Of a stretch of 64,000 bases of DNA, positions 38,301-45,731 are shown piece by piece. The stretch comes from an uncultured virus (IMG/VR IMGVR_UViG_3300037418_000929) (lineage: Duplodnaviria > Heunggongvirae > Uroviricota > Caudoviricetes). Each line of letters opens with the position of its first letter. Position 1 is the first letter of the stretch. The stretch lies in IMG/VR virus record IMGVR_UViG_3300037418_000929, one strand, 5' to 3'. The position numbers were made by a program, and so were the translations under genes. The notes below the pieces were generated by a model, which saw nothing but the letters and a program-made list of their open reading frames with translations, was not told the origin of the DNA and made no database searches.

Positions 38301-38384
38301 GATCTGCACGGCAGCGCTCTTGCCGTTGCTTCCGGGGCCACCGTTACGAACAACGGCTCCGGCGGCAACTTCACGATGGTTTAG
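35340..38384 (+). CDS. Second beta-helix receptor-binding/depolymerase-like protein
   Basis: VDSINGDDTTGTGSLAAPFKT, beta-helix repeats, C-terminal beta-sandwich. Confidence 0.8.
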   Translation: MKPIHILRTRTALSTGVVPTTILYGRTAGHSSGTTFDYIVDSINGDDTTGTGSLAAPFKTTTKAHTVAVAAGGNKKIALRGHQGQIYTAAITCTTNGIEFHGYDTEQPKWRGSYTVTGFAQCTAGDASVVGSNYASIYKATFATSNLASGVSFNSLLPLENGTPLNLVQLRHDTSDLYFQDAIDAFYSSTIYGDSVTIGLDGSSHPSTVTHAAVLGNGTTPYTDAQLSNCSIMLHASANKAQLVKVATSSSGVLTLAANTLTKETVRGDCYALLNLLPALSVGEYGVKDNGDGTWTLYIWPNNPANLSAGVPVASKNTILKFSQSSSNAVSNIEFGHCAHSDTTATVATVVFDRTTNGSFKQNTVQYYSYKDFIGNGGVIVVGGTSNVIQYNDIKQGQNDFGVFFNNSSYSPSGNRCLNNYAYRTSLTAWRFYGQVLIAAVDNKAENCGTGGHANKINFYLGCDQVLCWRNLFINCGGYMTCQQSSRMLFGMNLAPADSGTTDARAFVDQTADISPPVPTTTSNNGLINNAFPKPSANTGATGPDALVATNSSTLYTVNWEIANNAAHGIQYSHVVSTPDYNVLMRGTAIGANDTVDTNYDDLFYDYTNGNWNTVPGSILTTKTGKDESAFIATWETWFPDINLRMTLNGYAWDPADPGDGPYGKHWPVQVDTTAPTLSSLSATISGTSASVTVTTNERGGTLYWVRYNGGSVPSGAQVVAGLNGAGGAALSSGNFAVSNPGSLGPWSVSGTAGQTDTLAVVHKDRSGNISAVVTTPLAFAAFSEVWTSMNGTNFPRKSSALTGFQTTTRKMIAAITLSRSAAQLAVASSGGLMFANGSSDSVPTWTLGGTSKLQILQEKSDNTAFANVIVPPSTNMVADTHYLLLICFQSNGTSATLNGTMWNIATGVQLGGTGTTGAVSGDISLVFKNNYDIFKGAATYERFMLWDNPSIASPDATDATLRGYFMSGGALLDPATAAANIGTPLIDLHGSALAVASGATVTNNGSGGNFTMV

Positions 38385-38509
38385 TCACCACACGGGCCAG
38401 AACTCGACGCATTCCTCGCAGGCGTCTCGCCAGTGGGGAACATCGCAACCACAGTAATGACAGATGCCCTTCTTCGGCGGGCTCCGAAGCCACTTAATGA
38501 AGCGCTGGA

Positions 38510-38824
38510 TCATTTGATCGCCACACCCCGGCCACCGGGCAGACCGAGCATATCGAGATGGAGTTCGGGAACGCAGCTCGCGACCGAGCTATCGTCAAGG
38601 AACAGCACCGCCCCCTTCTCAGCGAAGGGCCAAACGGACGCAATCGTGTCGGGATCACTGGCGTGGACGAACGCCACTTTATCGAGCCGCCCATGCTCGC
38701 CGAAGATATGGATTGGCCGCTTGAGCCCATTGTCCCGGAGAGCCTGGGCAACGCGAGCGGAAGCGACAACAAAATCGCCCTCGACGCCCAGAGCGCGCCG
38801 GGCAAACCACAGCAATGAATACAT
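38510..38824 (-). CDS. Truncated class I SAM methyltransferase-like (TylF-like) protein
   Basis: VEGDFV, KVAFVH, KGAVLFLDD resemble TylF motifs; too short for a full fold. Confidence 0.4.
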   Translation of the reverse strand: MYSLLWFARRALGVEGDFVVASARVAQALRDNGLKRPIHIFGEHGRLDKVAFVHASDPDTIASVWPFAEKGAVLFLDDSSVASCVPELHLDMLGLPGGRGVAIK

Positions 38825-38959
38825 TTAGATCACCAGAGCGGCGATCAAGATTACGACAGCCCCGCCGATCGCAACGACCGCGATCTGAACGATGGAGAGA
38901 TACACGCCGACAGTCGGCTCATCCTCCCCCGTGAAGATCTGCGAGATGTAACGCAACAT
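38825..38959 (-). CDS. Small single-TM peptide (44 aa)
   Basis: MLRYISQIF...VQIAVVAIGGAVVILIAALVI. Confidence 0.45.
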   Translation of the reverse strand: MLRYISQIFTGEDEPTVGVYLSIVQIAVVAIGGAVVILIAALVI

Positions 38960-39216
38960 CGTCGCCCACCAATAAAACGATCCGGCGGGGATTCACTAGC
39001 TCGTTACGGACTCGCAGTCAACGAAAGTTAGTCGGACAGCTTCTTGCTCGCCATCGCGGTTCCCTGGAACAACGCAGATCGAACAGACTGCCCGGGGTCC
39101 GGTCTAACCTCAACCGTTCGCCCGTCCTCTGCGGCGAACGTCATCGTGTAGCGGCGCTTCCAGAAAAAGAGTCTCACGGGTTCTGTTTAGCCAATTCGAT
39201 AGCGAAAGTTAAGCGT

Positions 39217-39387
39217 ATGCACGATCACCGGATGCTCGACATCGGGACATGGTTCTTCGCCGGTATCGCGACATTGAGCTTCTGGCAGGGCGCGGCTCTC
39301 GCCGTCACTATTCTCGCGGGCCTTGCGTCGTTCGCGCTCGGCGTGATCCGCATCCATGATCGCTTTCGCTACGGGCCGCCGCGATGA
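39217..39387 (+). CDS. Holin-like membrane protein (56 aa, not in ORF track)
   Basis: MHDHRMLDIGTWFFAGIATLSFWQGAALAVTILAGLASFALGVIRIHDRFRYGPPR, upstream of the endolysin. Confidence 0.6.
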   Translation: MHDHRMLDIGTWFFAGIATLSFWQGAALAVTILAGLASFALGVIRIHDRFRYGPPR

Positions 39388-39488
39388 CCAAGGAGAAGAT
39401 CGCCCGCGCGCTGCGTCAAGTGTATCTTGACACTACTACAGAGCCCGTGCCCGCGAAGCTCAAGGCATTGCTCGCCAAGCTGCGTTAG
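39384..39488 (+). CDS. NepR-like anti-sigma factor peptide (34 aa, not in ORF track)
   Basis: MTKEKIARALRQVYLDTTTEPVPAKLKALLAKLR matches the NepR core ALRxxYxxxxxExVPxxhxxLLxKL; ATGA overlap. Confidence 0.7.
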   Translation: MTKEKIARALRQVYLDTTTEPVPAKLKALLAKLR

Positions 39489-39697
39489 GCGGGCGGCTTA
39501 GGCCAGTTCGCCATCTGCTCGCGAACGGACTCCACCAGCGATTTGCCGATCAGCTTCTCAGGGCCAACCCAATAGGTCCGCCCGTCAACATAGCGCGTCT
39601 CGCGGGCGAATTTGGGGTGCGCGCAGGCGGGCAATGGCCCTTCGCATTCGCCATAAATCAGCAGCTCCTCGAACCGCTTTTCATCAGTCGCCGACAT
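39485..39697 (-). CDS. Hypothetical protein (antisense, moron-like)
   Basis: 70-aa ORF with AT-rich upstream sequence. Confidence 0.5.
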   Translation of the reverse strand: MSATDEKRFEELLIYGECEGPLPACAHPKFARETRYVDGRTYWVGPEKLIGKSLVESVREQMANWPKPPA

Positions 39698-39912
39698 AAG
39701 CCGAGCATTAGCAGAAAACGGCCAAAAAGGAAATAGCTCCGGCTTTTCTGAGGATTGCGGGAGCGGGGGAAACCTGTCCGCAGGCCACGTACTTCGCCGG
39801 AGCCGATACCGAGCTAACCGGCCTCAGTCGCCATCAGCCGATCACCATGTCACGCGGGGAATACCCCTCCCGGTGACATCCTCTCAACGCGTTGATTCCT
39901 AAAGGGTTCCCG

Positions 39913-40353
39913 ATGGTGCCTAGCGCAACTTGCTTCGCCCTCATTCGCAAATCCGAGGGGCTGAGGCTCAAGGCATATCAGGACATGGGCGGGGTGTGGA
40001 CCGTGGGCTACGGCCATACCGGACCCGACGTAACGCCCAACAAGAAGATTACCGTCGATGAAGCGGAAACCCTGCTTCACAACGACGCCACGCACGCTTG
40101 CGACAGCGTTCTCCAGCTTACCGATGGGATCGTATCTCAAGGCCAACTCGATGCCCTGACCGATTTCGTTTTCAACCTTGGTGCATCGAAGCTCAAGAAC
40201 TCGACGCTGCTGCGGAAGCATCGGGCGGGCAACTATCCTGGAGCGGCGGCTGAGTTCGCCAAGTGGATTTACGCGGACGGGCGCATTGCCGAAGGGCTCA
40301 TCAAGCGCCGCGCCGCTGAGACGCATCTTTACCTATCGGATACTCTGCCGTGA
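39913..40353 (+). CDS. Endolysin, GH24 phage lysozyme
   Basis: SEGLRLKAYQDMGGVWTVGYGHT (E-8-D-5-T), FNLG, GLIKRRAAE. Confidence 0.95.
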   Translation: MVPSATCFALIRKSEGLRLKAYQDMGGVWTVGYGHTGPDVTPNKKITVDEAETLLHNDATHACDSVLQLTDGIVSQGQLDALTDFVFNLGASKLKNSTLLRKHRAGNYPGAAAEFAKWIYADGRIAEGLIKRRAAETHLYLSDTLP

Positions 40354-40526
40354 AGATCATCAACTACCTACGCCAGAGGCTTAACGAGCGCTCGACCTAT
40401 ATGTTTATCGTCGGCGCGATGGGATCGGTTTCCGTGCTTCCCGTGCCGTTCAACTGGATCGGGTTTTTGCTGCTGATGATTGCGGCGTTTGTGCCGGATG
40501 GACCAGCGGTTACGCCGGGGGCGTGA
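40350..40526 (+). CDS. Holin-like small membrane protein (58 aa, not in ORF track)
   Basis: YLRQRLNERSTY followed by two hydrophobic segments; GTGA overlap with the endolysin. Confidence 0.6.
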   Translation: MKIINYLRQRLNERSTYMFIVGAMGSVSVLPVPFNWIGFLLLMIAAFVPDGPAVTPGA

Positions 40527-40716
40527 GCGTCAGTTCGCCACTTGGCCGCCCCTTGCCCATCGCGAGCAGGTTTAGGGGCTCCCAACGCCAGCTCTCGCTA
40601 CGTCCCCAAGGCTGCCACGTCGCGCCATCATTCTCAGCATACGTGCCGAATGGCGGGACGCCCAGATAGGCCGCCCGCATTGCCATTAAGACATCGCTCT
40701 CAGTCACTGCTGACAT
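40510..40716 (-). CDS. Hypothetical protein (antisense)
   Basis: 68-aa ORF. Confidence 0.45.
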   Translation of the reverse strand: MSAVTESDVLMAMRAAYLGVPPFGTYAENDGATWQPWGRSESWRWEPLNLLAMGKGRPSGELTLTPPA

Positions 40717-40753
40717 AGCCCAGCACCTACCATAATCCGGGGGGATTCACAAC

Positions 40754-41311
40754 ATGCTGCGCAGCTTTCTTGCGCTGTCGCTGGTCGTGCCAGCGCCGGC
40801 TGCGACATGGCTTGTCCCGCCCAAGGCGGTGGTTCAGGTCATCTGCCCCATGCCGGGCGGATGGAGCGCGGGAACGGCCTTTCGCGTCGGCAAGTATCTC
40901 CTCACCGTCAACCACGTCACCAAGCCGGGAACCTGCGAGATCGGCGGCGTTCCGGTGAAGGTTCTCTATGCCTCGCCGACAAAGGACTTCGCCATCCTCG
41001 CCGGGGACGAGGGGCCGTTCATTCCAGTGGACTGCGGCGGGTTCGTTCAGGGCAAGAAGTATCTGGCGATCGGTTACGCGCGCGGGCTTCCGTTTCAAAC
41101 CAAGGTCGAGCTGGTCGCGACCGGACAGAAGAGCGGGCAATTCTCGATCCTCAGAGGCGTCATCACGGTGATCCCCGGTCAGTCCGGCGGCCCCATCGTG
41201 GACGCTGATACTGGGCGCGTTGTCGGCACGGTCAACGTCTACAATTTCGAACAGGGGTGGAGCGGGTCCGTGGCGCTCGCCGACACGCCCATTTGCGCAG
41301 CGAAGGCATGA
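40754..41311 (+). CDS. Exported trypsin-like serine protease
   Basis: Signal-peptide-like N-terminus; GTAF, LTVNHV (His), DFAIL (Asp), PGQSGGP (Ser). Confidence 0.85.
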   Translation: MLRSFLALSLVVPAPAATWLVPPKAVVQVICPMPGGWSAGTAFRVGKYLLTVNHVTKPGTCEIGGVPVKVLYASPTKDFAILAGDEGPFIPVDCGGFVQGKKYLAIGYARGLPFQTKVELVATGQKSGQFSILRGVITVIPGQSGGPIVDADTGRVVGTVNVYNFEQGWSGSVALADTPICAAKA

Positions 41312-41527
41312 GCAAGCTCGACATCGCTATCTTCATCTGCCTCGCGCTTGCGGGATACGCGATTGCCGTGTTGGTCGAGCGCTATCGGGCGGGGACCGAG
41401 TGAACATCCGCTGTCTGCTGCTCGGACATAAGCGGCTGATGATCCCCGTGGTTCGAATCCCGGACCTCAAGGTTCTCTGCACGCAAATATGGTGCGTTCG
41501 CTGCTGCCGTAAGATGGGGGATGCCTG

Positions 41528-41902
41528 ATGACCTGGCTCGCGATTGGCGGATTCCTCAAGTCTCTCGCGTCGGGCATTGGCGCGTGGCTGTCGCGGCGCT
41601 CGCTTGCCGAGCTTGGCGTAATCGCGCTGGCGATCCTGTTCGTGATTCAGCACTTTGCCCTTGTGGATGCCCGACACGACGCGGCGAAATGGCAGAAGCA
41701 GTTCAACGCCGAACACGCGAAGCTCGAAGCGATCTCCTCAAAGCGCGATACGCAAAAGCAAACCACGGCAGAGAATGTGAAGGTGGTTACGCGCGTAATC
41801 CATGATGCGGACGGGCGGGCGAAAGTGGTGGAACAAGCGCCGATTCCGCCGACCGATTGCCACGGGGTTACACCGAGCGGGGTGCTTCAGGCGGACGTTT
41901 GA
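41528..41902 (+). CDS. Rz-like inner spanin
   Basis: N-terminal TM followed by coiled coil; lysis cassette position. Confidence 0.6.
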   Translation: MTWLAIGGFLKSLASGIGAWLSRRSLAELGVIALAILFVIQHFALVDARHDAAKWQKQFNAEHAKLEAISSKRDTQKQTTAENVKVVTRVIHDADGRAKVVEQAPIPPTDCHGVTPSGVLQADV

Positions 41903-42003
41903 AATCCGCTGGCCGCCCTCCCACCAGAGGGGACGGTGGTGGCCGCCATATCTGCGATTTGGACAATACAAACCGCCTCGGCCAGCGAAAGGATTGCGCT
42001 AGC

Positions 42004-42294
42004 ATGAAAAATGCGCTAGGTCAAATCCTGCGCGGTGGCTCTGCGAATGCAGCAAGCGCCGCGCTCTTTCTCGTCCTCACCGGCTGCGCGACAACCAGAT
42101 ACGCGCCCGTCTATTGCATCACCCGCGCCCAGCTCGAAGAACTGAAGCGCCAACAGCCACCCAAAGTCCACGACCAGCTCACAGGTAACGCAGACCGCGA
42201 CACGCAAATCCTCGCGGGAAACCTGATTAGAGTCCGCGCCTATTCGGACGGGTTGCTCACCGTGCTCGGGGGATGCGTGGACCCCGGCAAATGA
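42004..42294 (+). CDS. Rz1-like outer spanin lipoprotein
   Basis: LFLVLTGC lipobox. Confidence 0.65.
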   Translation: MKNALGQILRGGSANAASAALFLVLTGCATTRYAPVYCITRAQLEELKRQQPPKVHDQLTGNADRDTQILAGNLIRVRAYSDGLLTVLGGCVDPGK

Positions 42295-42621
42295 TCCGCC
42301 TCCTCTTCTGGATCGGCGATGTGTTCGAGCGTGGTGTTCCAGACGATTACCCGCTGAACCGATTCCAGATGCTCTGCTTTCGGGTTAGTCAGGCGATCTA
42401 TCGTTGCGTCGATCCGGGGAAGTGATGGTTGCGGGACGCTGCTCTGCCTGTTGAGCTATACCGGAGGCTTCCACTCCCCGGAGCGGGACTCGAACCCGGA
42501 ACAAGCTAGCTGGAACCACTAGCACCACGGCACCGCAACCGGCCCTGCGCCTAGCACAAAATCCAATCACAATCAAGTTACGGTAGCCGCCGCCTAGCAG
42601 GCGCGCGGGCGAGGGAGTTCT

Positions 42622-43344
42622 ATGCCCGATGAACCGCGCATCCTCGTGCTCGACATCGAGTGGAAGCCTGCAATCGCCTATGTGTGGCAGCTCTACGATG
42701 TGAATATAGCCCTCAATCAGCTTATCGACGACGGCGGCCTCCTGTGCTTCGCCGCGAAGTGGCTGGGCGAGCGCAAGATGCACTTCTGCGCTGAGTGGGA
42801 GAGCGGAGGGCGCACGGGCATGGCGGAAGCGGCCCACGCGCTGTTCTCCGAAGCCGACGCGATCGTCACGTTCAACGGCGACAAATACGACAATCCAAAG
42901 CTGCTCGGCGAGTTCCTTCTGGCCGGCCTTCCCCCGCCTCCCCCGCATACATCGATCGACGTTTACAAGGCCGTCAAGAAGCTCGGCTTCCTGTCGAACA
43001 AGCTGGCATACATCGGCCCCAAGCTCGTCGGCGACAGCAAGGTCAAGCACGAGGGCATGGAGCTGTGGGTCAAGGCCATGAACGGCTGTCCCAAGGCTCG
43101 GCGCATGATGAAGCGCTACAACTGCCAGGATGTGACGTTGCTTGAGGACGTTTACCTCAAGGTCCGCCCCTACATCAGGAACCATCCGCATTTGGGAATG
43201 CGCGGCCCCCGCCAGTGTGGGGCGTGCGGGAGCGGCCATGTGCATGTCAGCAAGTATCGCCGGACAAAGGCGTCGCGGATTCAGCAGCTACACTGCCAAA
43301 CGTGCGGCTCTTACTTCGACGGGCAAAGGGTGGCTGTGAAATGA
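42622..43344 (+). CDS. RNase H-like (DEDDy) 3'-5' exonuclease with C-terminal Zn ribbon
   Basis: LVLDIE, TFNGDKYD, SNKL, YNCQDV, CGACG...CQTCG. Confidence 0.88.
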   Translation: MPDEPRILVLDIEWKPAIAYVWQLYDVNIALNQLIDDGGLLCFAAKWLGERKMHFCAEWESGGRTGMAEAAHALFSEADAIVTFNGDKYDNPKLLGEFLLAGLPPPPPHTSIDVYKAVKKLGFLSNKLAYIGPKLVGDSKVKHEGMELWVKAMNGCPKARRMMKRYNCQDVTLLEDVYLKVRPYIRNHPHLGMRGPRQCGACGSGHVHVSKYRRTKASRIQQLHCQTCGSYFDGQRVAVK

Positions 43345-43691
43345 CCATTGACGCTAGCCCCGGCAAACAAGTCACCATCACATCCGAACTCTGGCTACAG
43401 ATATTCGCCAATCAGGGATCACTCGGTATTCAATTATCAGACAAGCAAGCAATGGAGCTGGCTTCAGGAATTATCGCGTCGGTTCGGAAGAGGAGGAAGG
43501 CCAGCTGAGGATCGTCCACTTCCGGCCCCACTTGAGGAACTCCCACGCGCGCCAGCCAAGCGGCACGTTCCTGTTCTCCCGCGCTGTGTTCGCGCGATCC
43601 GGCAAGATGCTCAGCCACGCCCACCTATCGCCCAAATCGAGCGACAGGTGGAATAGCCGACCTCCGTTTAGCACGATCATCTGATTACCCC

Positions 43692-43754
43692 CGATTGAAG
43701 CCCGAAGGGGCGAGACAACGAAGATTGGCTCGACGGCGAAGCCGCGAAAGCGGG
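43692..43754 (+). repeat. Structured multi-hairpin element, copy F
   Basis: CGATTGAAG CCC-GAA-GGG G CGAG AC AAC-GAA-GATT GG CTCG A CGGC-GAA-GCCG CGAAAGCGGG. Confidence 0.85.
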
Positions 43755-43764
43755 ATAAGGTCCA

Positions 43765-44106
43765 TCATCTTGAGCGATCGAGTAGGACGGTGATCGTGTC
43801 GAGCAGGGCGCGAATAACTTGTGACGACTCCTCGCATTCGAAGCGATTGCCTATCGCGGAGTCCAGCCAATAATGCATTCGATCGGCTGACTTATTCGCC
43901 CTCTCCACCAGCTCCTCGACATTGCTGAGGTCGGGGGTGGGGCGGGCGGCTTGCATGGCGGTGTAAATCGCGGCCACATGCTGCGCCTCAACGTCTGCCC
44001 GAGTGTCGCCGCAGTAGATGCCTCCATTGAGCGCGATGCGGCCCGCTTCGAGCATTTCGCGCGTGACGGGCTCACGGGATTGGTCTGAGGTTTGCTGGTC
44101 AGGCAT
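43765..44106 (-). CDS. Hypothetical protein spanning the repeat (5' part also at 1..123)
   Basis: MPDQQTS..EPVTREMLEAG...IYTAMQAARP. Confidence 0.65.
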   Translation of the reverse strand: MPDQQTSDQSREPVTREMLEAGRIALNGGIYCGDTRADVEAQHVAAIYTAMQAARPTPDLSNVEELVERANKSADRMHYWLDSAIGNRFECEESSQVIRALLDTITVLLDRSR

Positions 44107-44111
44107 GGTCA
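43984..44111 (+). repeat. Direct repeat, copy 2; phage 1/phage 2 junction
   Basis: Matches 1..128; base composition shifts immediately after it. Confidence 0.97.
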
Positions 44112-44216
44112 ATGTTCCCCGTTCTTCCCGTTTCTCGTTAGATACACAATCGCAAATACAGAGAAGATCAGCCACGCTATCGCAGCGATAACTGTTATCA
44201 CGTCTCTGTATTTCAT
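44109..44216 (-). CDS. Small TM peptide (35 aa)
   Basis: MKYRDVITVIAAIAWLIFSVFAIVYLTRNGKNGEH; its stop lies at the junction. Confidence 0.5.
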   Translation of the reverse strand: MKYRDVITVIAAIAWLIFSVFAIVYLTRNGKNGEH

Positions 44217-44425
44217 GTCTCTTCCTTCACCCAGTCCAAAACGTCCCGACGCATTTGATGAATACGACGAGAAACAAATATGTACTGATTCAACGCGTCT
44301 GTGTTGCAGCCGAACTTTTCAGTCAACTCGTAGAGCTTGTCCACCTGTAATCCGAGTGTTTCTAACTCGTAAGCTATGGATTGTAAGTCCATAGTGAGCA
44401 TGGAAATGCGTTCGTCTTTGTCCAT
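44213..44425 (-). CDS. Hypothetical early protein
   Basis: MDKDERISML..., GGGG RBS. Confidence 0.6.
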   Translation of the reverse strand: MDKDERISMLTMDLQSIAYELETLGLQVDKLYELTEKFGCNTDALNQYIFVSRRIHQMRRDVLDWVKEET

Positions 44426-44467
44426 CGTTACCCCCACACATGAGGCGCTTGCGCCGATTGGAGCGAA

Positions 44468-44690
44468 GCGACACAACTTAAACAGGCTGTCATGCGGAAT
44501 CGAACCGCCCAAAATCCTAAGCGCGCATCAACTAGGAAAGAACTAACAGCACGACCTGTACAATTCAGCCTAGTGTTTAGCCGCATAGCGAGAGCCGCCA
44601 ACCCAGTTACCGACGAAGCATTTCAGCCGCGTCAGCGCGGTGACAGCCTGTTGAAATTGTGTTGAGCCTTTTAGCCACTTGCTCAGGTGG
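44468..44690 (-). ncRNA. Candidate tRNA-like structured RNA
   Basis: ~24-bp closing stem (44641-44664 with 44469-44492), T-arm GCGG-TTCGATT-CCGC, small pseudoknot at the 5' end; no ORF. Confidence 0.45.
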
Positions 44691-44743
44691 TCAGCCGATA
44701 GCGGGGGAACGTGCTATCGACTTAGGGGCCTCGTTCGAACGCG

Positions 44744-45469
44744 TTAGCCAGCAACCGCCTCGGCAGTCGGGACTTCCGTTTCGGCTTCACTCTCGTTCTT
44801 CGCGATCGCCTTGAGAATGTCCGTGCTGTCGGCGATGAGTGCCTCAAGCCGAGCTTGATCGCGCTTCACTTCGTCGAGGTTCTCGGTGGCGGTCATCAGT
44901 GCGCCGAGCCGACGCAATCCGATAACGACTTCATCCGCGACCTTGCGCTGCTCGTCGTTTAGATCGAAGTACGGAACTTGCATCCCGTCGCCGCGATCCT
45001 TCGTACCTTTGAGCATCTTCGAGAGGCGGTCGCCGAACCGGAGCACGTTGTCTCCGACGTCGCCGATTGTGCCGGGCACGTAGTAGTCCCGAGGCGGACC
45101 TTGGAACCAATCGCCGTCTTCCGGACGGAACCACATGTTCGCCTTCGCACCGTCAACGTCACGCGGCCGGTAGTTCTTGCTGCGCTCGTCAACGTGCTTG
45201 GCATTGACAGCCGTGCCCTTCTGCATGTCGACACCGATTGCGCCGAAGTACCGAAGAAACTGCGTGGACCAACGCTTTTGCTCGGCGTTTGGGAGCGAGT
45301 TCACGAGATCGACTGCGAGAGTGCAATCGCCGTGCTCTGCGTCGTGTACGATGACAGCGACGAGAAGCACCTGAACGCGCTCGTGGACGTTGGCGACGAT
45401 ACCGCGAAGGTCCTTGATGCCCTTCTGGATTTCCGCCTTCGTCGGAGTGTTGAGATACTTTTCCTTCAT
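44744..45469 (-). CDS. Hypothetical early phage protein (HGD motif)
   Basis: GGAGAAG RBS; 241 aa; HDAEHGDCTLAVDLVNSL. Confidence 0.75.
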   Translation of the reverse strand: MKEKYLNTPTKAEIQKGIKDLRGIVANVHERVQVLLVAVIVHDAEHGDCTLAVDLVNSLPNAEQKRWSTQFLRYFGAIGVDMQKGTAVNAKHVDERSKNYRPRDVDGAKANMWFRPEDGDWFQGPPRDYYVPGTIGDVGDNVLRFGDRLSKMLKGTKDRGDGMQVPYFDLNDEQRKVADEVVIGLRRLGALMTATENLDEVKRDQARLEALIADSTDILKAIAKNESEAETEVPTAEAVAG

Positions 45470-45588
45470 ACTCACTTCTCCTGTATCCAATCGTTTAGCA
45501 CCTAGAGCTTGATTGCCCTAAGCTTGCGCGATTGGAAGGGCTAGGCGTGCCCCGAAAGTTCACCCGCACCTAGCCGTTTCAACCGTGC

Positions 45589-45705
45589 TTAGTGTCGAAC
45601 CCACCAGTCGTGGAACGCTTCGACGTCCTCCTTTACCATGTCGAACAGCACGCAGCCGAACAGCCACGCGCCGGACAAAATCATGATAGATTGAAACATG
45701 CACAT
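45589..45705 (-). CDS. Small membrane peptide
   Basis: GGAGG RBS; MCMFQSIMILSGAWLFGCVLF... Confidence 0.45.
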   Translation of the reverse strand: MCMFQSIMILSGAWLFGCVLFDMVKEDVEAFHDWWVRH

Positions 45706-45731
45706 AATGTCGCCTCCGGCTTAATCGCCGC

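Larger units (their letters stand above)
1..44110. mobile_element. Phage 1: apparently complete temperate podovirus (P22-like morphogenesis), circular unit ~43,983 bp
   Basis: All modules present (int/attP, cI/cro, replication, terminase, portal, capsid, short-tail genes, lysis); the start of the window recurs at 43984. Confidence 0.9.

Noticed and set aside
31602..38384. Diversity-generating retroelement acting on tail genes
   Set aside because: No reverse transcriptase and no adenine-specific TR/VR pair; the duplicated tailspikes differ mainly at synonymous sites throughout
42480..42525. T-arm-like CGGG-TTCGAGT-CCCG plus hairpin GCTAG/CTAGC on the minus strand
   Set aside because: No acceptor stem, D-arm or CCA; at most a degenerate tRNA-like remnant
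44107..44175. N-terminal extension of ORF 43765..44175 given in the track
   Set aside because: It crosses the phage junction; the ATG at 44106 matches the copy at 123, and a different ORF (44109-44216) occupies this DNA
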